Shown here: positions 1-7,229 of the stretch, piece by piece
Position numbering within the stretch: position 1 is the stretch's first letter
How the letters are laid out: every line of letters starts with the position of its first letter
From: Desulfotruncus arcticus DSM 17038
Lineage (GTDB): Bacteria > Bacillota > Desulfotomaculia > Desulfotomaculales > Desulfallaceae
Assembly: GCF_900113335.1 (NCBI RefSeq)
Contig: NZ_FOOX01000023.1
Coordinates: 1 to 24,000 of the forward strand
Length of the DNA: 24,000 bases
Direction: 5' to 3'
The notes under the pieces: model-generated
What the model was told of the DNA's origin: nothing
Database searches by the model: none
The model's input: the letters and a program-made list of their open reading frames with translations, nothing else
Program-made: the position numbers and the translations under genes

Positions 1-95
1 ACCTTTTGGTGATTTGTCAAAAGATCAAGATATTCTATGAAAAATGAAGTAATACTTATGTTTTGTGTGTCTATTTAACGGGGGACGCCGCATCC

Positions 96-2087
96 CTATC
101 CCTCCTGTGACGTCAAAGGCTTATTTATCATATTGACAGAAACCGCCACAGGCTCGTTCAATTCCGCAACGGTTTCCAGTTCCAACATCACAGCCAGCTT
201 ATCGATATTATCGTATACCGCTTCAAGTAATCCGTCCCGTTCGGAAAGATGCCCTCGCAATTTATCGATAATGGCACGTCCGATCAAACTGAGAATCTTT
301 TTGCGTTCATGCCTTGTGATGCGACACGCCTCGTAAAAGCTCTTGGGATCGCGCTTCATATCGGGATCGGCAGTCAATTCGGCAATTTGAACAAACGCCT
401 CTTCGTCGAGAGGACCTATAATCCGATAATCGTCACTCAGCCACGTTCGAATGGTCACTTCGTGACGTTTGCATCCGAGAGCGGATAATCTTCGGGAAAT
501 TTCTCGGTACGAACAGCCATGTTTGTCCATATATTCCCGTAAAGCCAGCTTCCAGTATGCCGATTTAAACGCCGCTTCTTTTACCGATTCGTTCAAAAGA
601 CCGGAAGACAGTAAATTATCGAAAACATTATCAACCATATTTCTGGTGAAATCGTCGCGACGTGTAAAGACGAGCATATCGCCCGACTCAAGTTCTTCAA
701 CATCCGTTTCCGTAACGGTTCCTTTGGATTTATCAAACACAAACGCTTTGTAATACTTGGAAAACAGTATCCGTTCCCCGTTGGTAAAAGTTCCCACCGC
801 CACAACGTCCGCTGTGGCAGCCGTGCCCGTTGTCGGAACCTGTCCGACAAGATTTCCGATATCGAATGCAACGATTTTTTCTATGTAACAATCCAAATCC
901 GATGTCATGGTTTTGAATTTCAAGATTTCGGCGTCATTGTCGGACTCGACGTTGCTTTTTCCGGGACACACGTCCAAAGGTTGAACATCTTCAGAGATGA
1001 GCCCTGTTTTTTTGTTCAAATCTTGCTCAAAACGATCCGCCTCTTTTTCTCTGTGTCTGAACAAACGCAATTCAAAATCGTAGAGCAACACGGTAATAAC
1101 GGATGCGGCGCGGCATCTGAATGTGTCAAACCGTTTGCCTGATATTTCGCCTACGACTATGATTTCATCATAGTCAATCGAGTTGTCAAATCTGTTCGCC
1201 GTGACGACGGTTACCTTTTCGCTCCGCAGGATTCCGTCTGCAGCCAAAACATCTTCATAGTAAGCTTTGGGTACTATTACTGCAATCTGCCCATCGACTC
1301 CGGCAGACAATCGTTTTTTCAATTCGGAATATTTGCGGCATTCGCTCTCGTTTTTTGTATAGAGTCTCTCCAAAAGCCCTATTATATCGATTGCGCGGTT
1401 GGTAAAAGATGTCGGCAATTTATCCGCGAGTTTCCAGAGCTCGTCAATCCGTTGTCGCGGAGAAGCGACGCGCCCGTCCAACATACCTCCGTTTGTCATC
1501 TCTTCTATCATCTTAATCGGAAAAACCGCCGTCGTGAACAGGTTCAGCAACGAGTAGGCGTTTATTATAAACAAATCTTTTTCTTCGCCGCTCCAATCGT
1601 ATTTTTTCAGCAAATGCAACGATTCTTTTACGGCTCTGTATTCCTCCCAGGAACAATCACCCGGTATGACGACGGATTCGATTTTCTTGTTCACGATATT
1701 CGTTACCTGCTTATTCAGTGCGACGGTATGCCGATTCATTTTTTTTGGCGGAAGGGCATTCGATAGCAGAAATTCTTTGGTACAGGCGAAGATCGATGCA
1801 TCCTCACATTCACTCAGGATTTCCTCGGCATTTTCCGAATCGATATTCGCGGAAAGATAAATATATTGCAATGATTTGCGATTCAACAAATCAGGCAACT
1901 CGCTTCTGCCTTTTGCAATGCTCTCCGAACCCAGAACAAGCAGACCTACGGCTTTATTCCCGCTTTTGTCCAAAATCAACTCACGGGCAGTTGATATTTT
2001 TCCGGTGATTTTCAAAACGGGGTCGTTTTTTCCCGGATTTCCGGCATAGGGATATTCTTCACCGTCGGTAAAATATGAAGTTGTCAC
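96..2087 (-). CDS. Hypothetical 663-aa protein, distal gene of the vsr-dcm operon (candidate effector, function unknown)
   Basis: Long uninterrupted ORF. Its GTG start overlaps the TGA stop of the upstream 237-aa ORF (GTGA at 2084-2087), implying translational coupling. By eye I find no canonical Walker A/B, PD-(D/E)xK, HNH, GIY-YIG or PLD HxK motif. The C-terminal segment 'YREISRRLSALGCKRHEVTIRTWL' looks HTH-like. Confidence 0.75.
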   Translation of the reverse strand: MTTSYFTDGEEYPYAGNPGKNDPVLKITGKISTARELILDKSGNKAVGLLVLGSESIAKGRSELPDLLNRKSLQYIYLSANIDSENAEEILSECEDASIFACTKEFLLSNALPPKKMNRHTVALNKQVTNIVNKKIESVVIPGDCSWEEYRAVKESLHLLKKYDWSGEEKDLFIINAYSLLNLFTTAVFPIKMIEEMTNGGMLDGRVASPRQRIDELWKLADKLPTSFTNRAIDIIGLLERLYTKNESECRKYSELKKRLSAGVDGQIAVIVPKAYYEDVLAADGILRSEKVTVVTANRFDNSIDYDEIIVVGEISGKRFDTFRCRAASVITVLLYDFELRLFRHREKEADRFEQDLNKKTGLISEDVQPLDVCPGKSNVESDNDAEILKFKTMTSDLDCYIEKIVAFDIGNLVGQVPTTGTAATADVVAVGTFTNGERILFSKYYKAFVFDKSKGTVTETDVEELESGDMLVFTRRDDFTRNMVDNVFDNLLSSGLLNESVKEAAFKSAYWKLALREYMDKHGCSYREISRRLSALGCKRHEVTIRTWLSDDYRIIGPLDEEAFVQIAELTADPDMKRDPKSFYEACRITRHERKKILSLIGRAIIDKLRGHLSERDGLLEAVYDNIDKLAVMLELETVAELNEPVAVSVNMINKPLTSQEG

Positions 2088-2797
2088 AATACCAAAAGGT
2101 TTACCGACTTCCCCTTGCCGTAAGATATCGTAAGTCCTTTTACAATACGGTCGACCGTAACCCGTTCCGCAACAACGACGGATGATACACCGGCAATACT
2201 CGAAATCTCCGACTTAGGCACATCGAACAAATAGGCTATAAAATCAGTCCGATTCGTCTTGCCACGGCGCAATCCTCTGCCGTCTGTTATTATAGAATTA
2301 CCGTAATAGGGGATAATCATATTTTTGCTTGCAAGCGGCAACATGGTTTTACTGATGTTTTCGCCTAAGTTTTTGTCGGACCTTCGTTGGATTAACAAAA
2401 AATGGGACGCTTTCTCAACACTCTCTGCGGGAATAAACTCTCCGTCCTTTCCGAATCTACCGAGTCCGCCCCAAAGATACCGATTGTTCTTATACTGAAC
2501 CATAGCGCCTTCATTAAGCGAAGAAACGATATCATCCGCGGCAGAACCATCCAGCAGCAAACTGCCTAATGCGGCGGCGAGAATCGAAACAATATCAAAA
2601 CATATTGAACCGGTATGCAGTACCACACCGACAGTACGGTTAAATCCGCTAAACGAGGAGGCGATAAAATCGGTGTATGTTTTGAGGAGAAGTTCTTTCG
2701 AAATAAGAGAATGCTCAAAATATATGTCGCACTTATTCGAAAAATTATTCATCAACTGTCTGCTCAACACCGTTTTCGCCTCCCTCGCAGAAATCAA
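2084..2797 (-). CDS. Hypothetical 237-aa protein, third gene of the vsr-dcm operon (function unknown)
   Basis: The ORF's TTG start overlaps the dcm TGA stop (TTGA, 2794-2797), and its stop overlaps the next gene's start. The start is uncertain because an alternative ATG exists at codon 16. The C-terminal segment 'KSEISSIAGVSSVVVAERV' is HTH-like. 'GRGLRRGKT' resembles a P-loop but has the wrong spacing. Confidence 0.65.
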   Translation of the reverse strand: MISAREAKTVLSRQLMNNFSNKCDIYFEHSLISKELLLKTYTDFIASSFSGFNRTVGVVLHTGSICFDIVSILAAALGSLLLDGSAADDIVSSLNEGAMVQYKNNRYLWGGLGRFGKDGEFIPAESVEKASHFLLIQRRSDKNLGENISKTMLPLASKNMIIPYYGNSIITDGRGLRRGKTNRTDFIAYLFDVPKSEISSIAGVSSVVVAERVTVDRIVKGLTISYGKGKSVNLLVL

Positions 2798-3924
2798 TCA
2801 ACAGGCGGAAAGTTTCCGAGCCGCTCAAAGCAATCCAATATAAAAAGTGCCATCTGCTCGACGACAGGTATTGTTACCGAATTGCCGAATTGTTTGTATC
2901 TTTGAATATTCGGGATTCCGTCCGGAAAAGAAAATCCGTCAATACCGTTTTCGTCAAGAAATGCGTAATTTACGAATCCTTGCAACTTACCCCATTCCGT
3001 CGGAGTCATAACGCGAATGCCTTTGTCGTTCAAAGGTGTTTTCTTTCCCCTGATTTCCATGCCGGCAATTCCGTCGCGTGGATCGTAAATTAAATTACGT
3101 TCTCTGCCGGAACCGCCGGTGGCGAGCAATGTATTGGCAACCGGGTTTTCAATTTCGGGAGCATTTACGATTCTGTAGCCGAATCCGTATCCTTTTTTTG
3201 CTTGTCTTTCACGATGTCGAATCAATGTTTCAAAATAGCCAGAAGACATATAATACTTTAGCTCAACGTTCGGTTCCAGTACTGTATTAAGGTTACCGTA
3301 TAACGGTTCAGCTCTTCTTTCCGGTAAATCATTAGGCAGTCGAGAAACGGCATCTTGGTCAAAAAACCCTCTGTCAAATCCGATTATATATGTTCTGGGG
3401 CGGTTTTGCGGCACGCCGAAATCCCGTGAATTCCGAATAAAATTCCTACGATGATATGACAAACTGCCATCGGTGTTTTTTATGGTTCCGATAATCTTAT
3501 AGTTTAAATCTATCTCCAGTTTTTCTATGATTGCTTTGAATGTTTTTCCTTTATCACGTGTCACCAAATGATCAACATTTTCTAAGAAAATCGCCTGCGG
3601 TCTTGTTCTCCTTATAATCTCGGCAATATGAAAAAATATTTTTCCTTTTTCTTCGTTTTCGAAGCCTTCGCCCAATCCGACCCGGCTGAAAGTTTGGCAA
3701 GGGAACCCGGCAAGCAATACCTCAAACTGCACCTTCTCAGCCTGCCGTTTAAATTCCTCTGTGGTCAAATCGTTGCGTGGGTTCTCTCCGAATAAGTGTT
3801 CGTATGTCGTACAGGCATAACGGTCGATCTCAGAAGAAAGAACATTAACAAATTGGCCCGTAAGCTCAAAGCTTTTTCTGATACCTCCGATTCCGGCACA
3901 TAGATCAATCATCCTGTATGGCAT
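2794..3924 (-). CDS. dcm: DNA (cytosine-5)-methyltransferase
   Basis: C5-MTase motifs occur in canonical order: I 'DLCAGIGG', IV 'GFPCQTFS', VI 'ENV', VIII 'QNRPR', X 'GNSV'. RBS GAAGGAG lies 8 nt before the ATG at 3924. A second ATG at 3912 forms an ATGA overlap with the vsr stop. Confidence 0.95.
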   Translation of the reverse strand: MPYRMIDLCAGIGGIRKSFELTGQFVNVLSSEIDRYACTTYEHLFGENPRNDLTTEEFKRQAEKVQFEVLLAGFPCQTFSRVGLGEGFENEEKGKIFFHIAEIIRRTRPQAIFLENVDHLVTRDKGKTFKAIIEKLEIDLNYKIIGTIKNTDGSLSYHRRNFIRNSRDFGVPQNRPRTYIIGFDRGFFDQDAVSRLPNDLPERRAEPLYGNLNTVLEPNVELKYYMSSGYFETLIRHRERQAKKGYGFGYRIVNAPEIENPVANTLLATGGSGRERNLIYDPRDGIAGMEIRGKKTPLNDKGIRVMTPTEWGKLQGFVNYAFLDENGIDGFSFPDGIPNIQRYKQFGNSVTIPVVEQMALFILDCFERLGNFPPVD

Positions 3925-4349
3925 CGTTCACTCTCCTTCAGCGCTTTTTCTATAATGTCAGCGCAAACCGAAACATTCCGCTTTATTTCCTTGCCCCAAA
4001 AACGAAGCACTGTCCATCCGTCGGACTGTAATTTGGCTGTGACCTCTGCATCCCGCTCCATGTTCCGTTCGATCTTATGAATCCAAAAGTCTTTATTGCT
4101 TTTAAAATCGTTTTTACGGTTATTCCAATCGTATCCGTGCCAAAACTCACTGTCGCAGAATATGGCAACCTTTTTGCCCTTAAAGACGATATCGGGCTTT
4201 CCTAAAACATTCTTATCGTTTTTTCTGTATCGCAATCCTCTGTGCCAGAGTTCTTTGCGTAAAGCAATCTCGATTGCCGAGTCTTTGCATCTGACTTGGC
4301 GCATATTGTAGCTGATTTGTTCGAGTGTCTTTGAAGCCACGCTATTCAC
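3909..4349 (-). CDS. vsr: Very short patch repair (T:G mismatch) endonuclease
   Basis: Vsr hallmarks are present: 'KPDIVFKGKKVAIFCDSEFWHG' and C-terminal 'DGWTVLRFW'. Size is 146 aa. GTG start is preceded by AGAGGA. The 3' end overlaps dcm. Confidence 0.9.
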   Translation of the reverse strand: MNSVASKTLEQISYNMRQVRCKDSAIEIALRKELWHRGLRYRKNDKNVLGKPDIVFKGKKVAIFCDSEFWHGYDWNNRKNDFKSNKDFWIHKIERNMERDAEVTAKLQSDGWTVLRFWGKEIKRNVSVCADIIEKALKESERCHTG

Positions 4350-4500
4350 CTCGGATTCCTCTTTACATTTGTGTGGGCAATCTCTGATTTTATTTCATAG
4401 CGCTTTTACCGCTTTTAATCCACTCATCGATTTCGGACAATTCCATAATTTCCCGACCTTATGACGGGAATCGCCTTTTTCTTGCCAATAACATACATTT

Positions 4501-4530
4501 ATTATAAGTGTGAACAACCCCTTTTTCCAA
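4501..4530 (-). promoter_or_regulatory. Candidate sigma-A promoter of the vsr-dcm-orf237-orf663 operon
   Basis: Minus strand reads TTGGAA (4530-4525), an 18-nt spacer, then TATAAT (4506-4501), about 150 nt upstream of the vsr start. Confidence 0.4.
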
Positions 4531-4715
4531 TATAATTCGATGAATTTATATGTTTTTAAGTGGTATTGAATCATTGCAAAGATAACGTCAGGCTACGTAG
4601 GCGGCTTGCATCCTCATGAAGTTTGGCTCTCTTCGGATTCTCCTATATCTACAAGTTTATTGTAGCGTGAGAGGCGTAATCATGTTTCGAATCGCAACAG
4701 ATGCTCCATTTAACT

Positions 4716-4793
4716 AAACCCCCTCCATTTCTTTCGATTTGGCGGGGGTTTTCCGACAGTCTGAAGCGCCTGCAAGAGGCGCTTCAGACTGTC
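4716..4793 (-). terminator. Tandem hairpins downstream of the 4799-5005 gene (terminator-like)
   Basis: A perfect 17-bp stem, GACAGTCTGAAGCGCCT (4755-4771) / AGGCGCTTCAGACTGTC (4777-4793), has a 5-nt loop. A second 10/11-bp hairpin, AAACCCCCTCC...GGCGGGGGTTT (4716-4751), is followed on the minus strand by TTTAGTT. Confidence 0.45.
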
Positions 4794-4798
4794 ATATT

Positions 4799-5005
4799 CT
4801 ATAAAGAATCTAAAACCTTTAATAAAATCGCAAGGCAGTTAAGTGCTGTATTTTTTATAAATTGTACATCATCTAACAGTACATCATTTCCATGCACTGC
4901 CCGATTACATATTGCAAAAATTTCACGTAATGCATTATAAATTGGGGTGTTAATAAGCTCCTTTCGATGTAATCTTCGTAAAAGTGTAGGAGTATTTACA
5001 TACAT
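4799..5005 (-). CDS. Small (68 aa) DUF4145-like protein
   Basis: ATG at 5005 is preceded by AAGGGG. The pattern 'ALREIFAICNRAVHGNDVLLDDV' resembles the DUF4145 core (IRxxGNxAAH-like). The longer 102-aa version in the ORF track runs into a histidine-kinase remnant on the other strand and is probably not real. Confidence 0.4.
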   Translation of the reverse strand: MYVNTPTLLRRLHRKELINTPIYNALREIFAICNRAVHGNDVLLDDVQFIKNTALNCLAILLKVLDSL

Positions 5006-5041
5006 ATTCCCCTTTTCTCGAAAATCAAGTTCGCTCTTAAA

Positions 5042-5217
5042 CTTCCTCCCCCCAAAGAAAAAGGCACCGGTCTGGGTCTGGCGGTGTGCTATATAGCATT
5101 GCAGCACGATATAATTCTAGGATTACTTTTGAAACCGGATCAGAAGGAACCACGTTTTATATCAGATTCCCAATACCGCTGGAGCAGATTTTGCTGTTTC
5201 AATTAGAATTGGGATAA
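5042..5217 (+). pseudogene. 3' remnant of a histidine kinase (HATPase_c G2 box to C-terminus), frameshifted
   Basis: One frame reads 'KEKGTGLGLAVCY'. After an extra TA in a tatata run (~5092-5096), the next frame reads 'YSIAARYNSRITFETGSEGTTFYIRFPIP...*'. This parallels 'GTGLGLAVCYSIAARHKASIEVETGSSGTTFLVRF' of the intact kinase at 19291-21276. No upstream kinase sequence is present. Confidence 0.8.
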
Positions 5218-5333
5218 CATAGTTAGTTTCATATATTTACATGGCACCAATGACATGTCCTGCATATTTATATATGAAAAGAAAACATAAGCGAAAAGCC
5301 TATGTCCTCTTGTTCATTCATTTTTATTCACTG

Positions 5334-5585
5334 CTAAACCCGTACTTTCAGCTCTTGCCGGTATTGGGCGTAATGTTCGCTTAAAACATACTCGATAACC
5401 CATATTTTAGGTATCCTATAGGCACTGCGGATAAAAAAGTATTTTATATGTTTCCCATGCAAAATTTTTCGTGCCGTGGTCTCCCCAATGCCGCCCAACA
5501 TAGCTCTGAATTCATCCAGTGTAACGACATCGGGATACGGCTCAAAAAGCTGTTCGTAGTATTCTTGATTTTTCACAGTCATCAA
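5334..5585 (-). CDS. Excisionase-type / MerR-like helix-turn-helix DNA-binding protein of an integrative element
   Basis: The 83-aa ORF contains 'VVTLDEFRAMLGGIGETTARKILHGKHIKYFFIRSAYRIPKIWVIEYV', the typical small HTH protein encoded beside integrases in Firmicute integrative elements. RBS AGGAG is present. The exact start (TTG, ATG or GTG at 5585-5576) is uncertain. Confidence 0.6.
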   Translation of the reverse strand: MMTVKNQEYYEQLFEPYPDVVTLDEFRAMLGGIGETTARKILHGKHIKYFFIRSAYRIPKIWVIEYVLSEHYAQYRQELKVRV

Positions 5586-5676
5586 CTCCTGAAAATATTT
5601 GTCAATGGTAGGATGACTGTTACAATATTGATTTTTGATTGCTACACGTTCGATGTTCTGACGGCAAACGGTCCGG

Positions 5677-5710
5677 ATATCCCTCCTGAATATCCCTCCA
5701 ATATCCCTCC
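5677..5710 (+). repeat. Three direct copies of ATATCCCTCC (possible recombinase arm-type sites)
   Basis: Copies lie at 5677-5686, 5690-5699 and 5701-5710, between the Xis-like gene and the tRNA fragment. Confidence 0.6.
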
Positions 5711-5874
5711 AACGTCCAAAATTGACGTCAAAACCGCTCTTTTGAGAGAGCCTTGGAGTGACGTGGGTTTCCGGGTTTTAAGTGCCTCAAACCCGCATTA
5801 TACAAGGTTTTTGGAGGTCTGAGGATTCCGGTAGAGTACGTTGCATTCCCGATGCTTCCGGTAATGTGGAGGGA

Positions 5875-5927
5875 CTCAAAATCGTGCGGGTTATCCCATG
5901 CGGGTTCGACTCCCGCCTTCGGCACCA
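5875..5927 (+). other. Partial tRNA-Leu(CAA) copy (anticodon loop to CCA end): att-site-like duplication
   Basis: Perfect T arm GCGGG-TTCGACT-CCCGC (5900-5916), then acceptor 3' strand CTTCGGC, discriminator A and CCA (to 5927). A variable-arm hairpin GGGTTATCCC and a CTCAAAA loop are present. No complementary 5' acceptor strand (GCCGAAG) or anticodon-stem 5' strand lies upstream, so it is not a complete gene. Confidence 0.7.
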
Positions 5928-6019
5928 GAAGTCAATGCTCTTAAAACCGTGATACAAGCGGATTTGAGGGCTTTTTTCTTTTCTTGCGGCACATTTTATT
6001 TGCCGCAAGACATACCGTC

Positions 6020-6347
6020 ATATGACACGTTTTAGCGCATATTGGCAATGCTCTCAGCTCCCTTTTCACCTGGCATTCCGCCCGCTTTGGAGGGATGTCA
6101 CAGAATTTTTTTCTCGTTTCCCCCGGATGTTTTTGCCGAAAATTATCACTTCTCCCGAAGTCGGCTGCGTCAGTCCCAGCAGCATCTTCATCGTCGTGGT
6201 TTTTCCTGCTTGGTTCATACAGAGCTTCCTTTATGCTTGAAAGAATATCCCACTCTTTTGAATCGGTCGGCAAAGCTGATTCAAAAGAGTGAAAAGACTG
6301 CTTTCCAGAAGAAGAACAGCCGGTATCAGCAGGTAGGTATCCATTGA
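6020..6347 (-). pseudogene. ABC transporter ATP-binding protein, N-terminal remnant with multiple frameshifts
   Basis: A strong RBS (AAAGGAGG) and ATG lie at 6347. Fragments '[21 protein letters not shown]' and '[30 protein letters not shown]' (Walker A region) fall in different frames. There is no Walker B or signature motif, and the gene is truncated near the tRNA fragment. Confidence 0.75.
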
Positions 6348-6392
6348 TTTATTTTCCTCCTTTGCATGACAATAAAGGATTCATAAGCTTTT

Positions 6393-7229
6393 TCACGAAA
6401 GCCTGTTTTCTACGGATTGGCCTTTGACAATATAATCTGCGGAACATGTTTTCCCGTTTTCTTTTGCACATACATTTCTAAACCTGATTGGCAGCCCCGC
6501 GGAAGCGAAAAAGCTTCTCTCGTCATTTAGTTGAAAATGAACGTGGGGTTCGCTGGTGTTCCCGGAATTGCCGCATCTGGCAATTACCTGCCCGCGGACA
6601 ACCTTCTGGCCCAAGGCAACGGTGATGCTGCCCGGCATGAGGTGGGCGAGGGTGCTGAACTCTTTCTCCTGATGCTTGATCGTAATAAAGTTTCCGCGCA
6701 TATCCTTCGCCCTGCATTCCACGCTGCCGTCCCCATAGACCTTGCTTTCCGGATGCCCGTCGGCTAAGCTTACAACTTCGCCGTCGGCGGGTGCGAGAAC
6801 GTCTTTTCCGTAGCAGAAATAATCCTGCAGCTCCTTGCCGCTGCCGGAGTGGGTTTTTCCGTTTTCATCAACCATAACAAAATCATAGGCGTGGCGCTGC
6901 GGCCACACCCCCCAGGAATGGGAAGCCTTCTTGTCTGTACCGCCGTTGACGACGTACCACTGCCCATCAAAGGGCAATGCGTAGTCCGTCATGCCGGTGT
7001 AATTCTCCTTTGACGGCAGGCGGAAACGATGGCGGAATAAGATTAAAGGATAGGAAAGAAGCTGTTGAACGCTCTGATAGAATACCGGCAGATTGCCGAA
7101 TATCTCTAAAAACCCGAGTAGAAAGAATAGCCAGAAGAGTTTAAGGTAAGCATTGCCGGTTATGCTGCCCAATAGTCCTATCAAGCCAAGCCATTTCAGT
7201 TTAGCCGTGATATTGACAAACCTGTTCAT
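6393..7229 (-). CDS. Membrane-anchored M23 family metallopeptidase
   Basis: M23 zinc-site motifs 'HAYDF' (HxxxD) and 'GNSGNTSEPHVHFQL' are present, with N-terminal hydrophobic helices. The ATG overlaps the upstream stop (ATGA, 7226-7229). Confidence 0.9.
   Translation of the reverse strand: MNRFVNITAKLKWLGLIGLLGSITGNAYLKLFWLFFLLGFLEIFGNLPVFYQSVQQLLSYPLILFRHRFRLPSKENYTGMTDYALPFDGQWYVVNGGTDKKASHSWGVWPQRHAYDFVMVDENGKTHSGSGKELQDYFCYGKDVLAPADGEVVSLADGHPESKVYGDGSVECRAKDMRGNFITIKHQEKEFSTLAHLMPGSITVALGQKVVRGQVIARCGNSGNTSEPHVHFQLNDERSFFASAGLPIRFRNVCAKENGKTCSADYIVKGQSVENRLS

Noticed and set aside
133-2008. Several 60-104-aa plus-strand ORFs inside the 663-aa gene.
   Set aside because: They are antisense shadows of a long, well-supported minus-strand ORF. 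They are low-complexity or Ser/Arg-rich, lack RBSs and match no recognisable family.
2255-2284. 'GRGLRRGKT' in the 237-aa protein as a Walker A / P-loop.
   Set aside because: The spacing is G-x5-GKT or G-x3-GKT, not G-x4-GK[ST]. No Walker B follows. This is too weak to call an NTPase.
4390-4446. 18-codon mini-ORF (MELSEIDEWIKSGKSAMK) in the vsr leader, as a possible leader peptide or controller.
   Set aside because: It is too short, has only a weak GGGAA upstream, and offers no way to support it from sequence alone.
5838-5927. A complete tRNA-Leu gene.
   Set aside because: The T arm, variable arm, CAA loop and CCA are present. No 5' acceptor strand complementary to CTTCGGC exists, and the 5 nt before the loop (AGGGA) cannot pair with TCGTG. 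Only a 3' partial copy is supportable.
5448-6008. ORFs of 65-124 aa overlapping the repeat and tRNA-fragment region (5448-5822 +, 5728-5925 -, 5787-6008 -).
   Set aside because: They translate through the tRNA-like sequence (for example 'RRRESNPH', the typical reverse-strand T-arm artefact) and through the direct repeats. They have no RBS and no coding signal.
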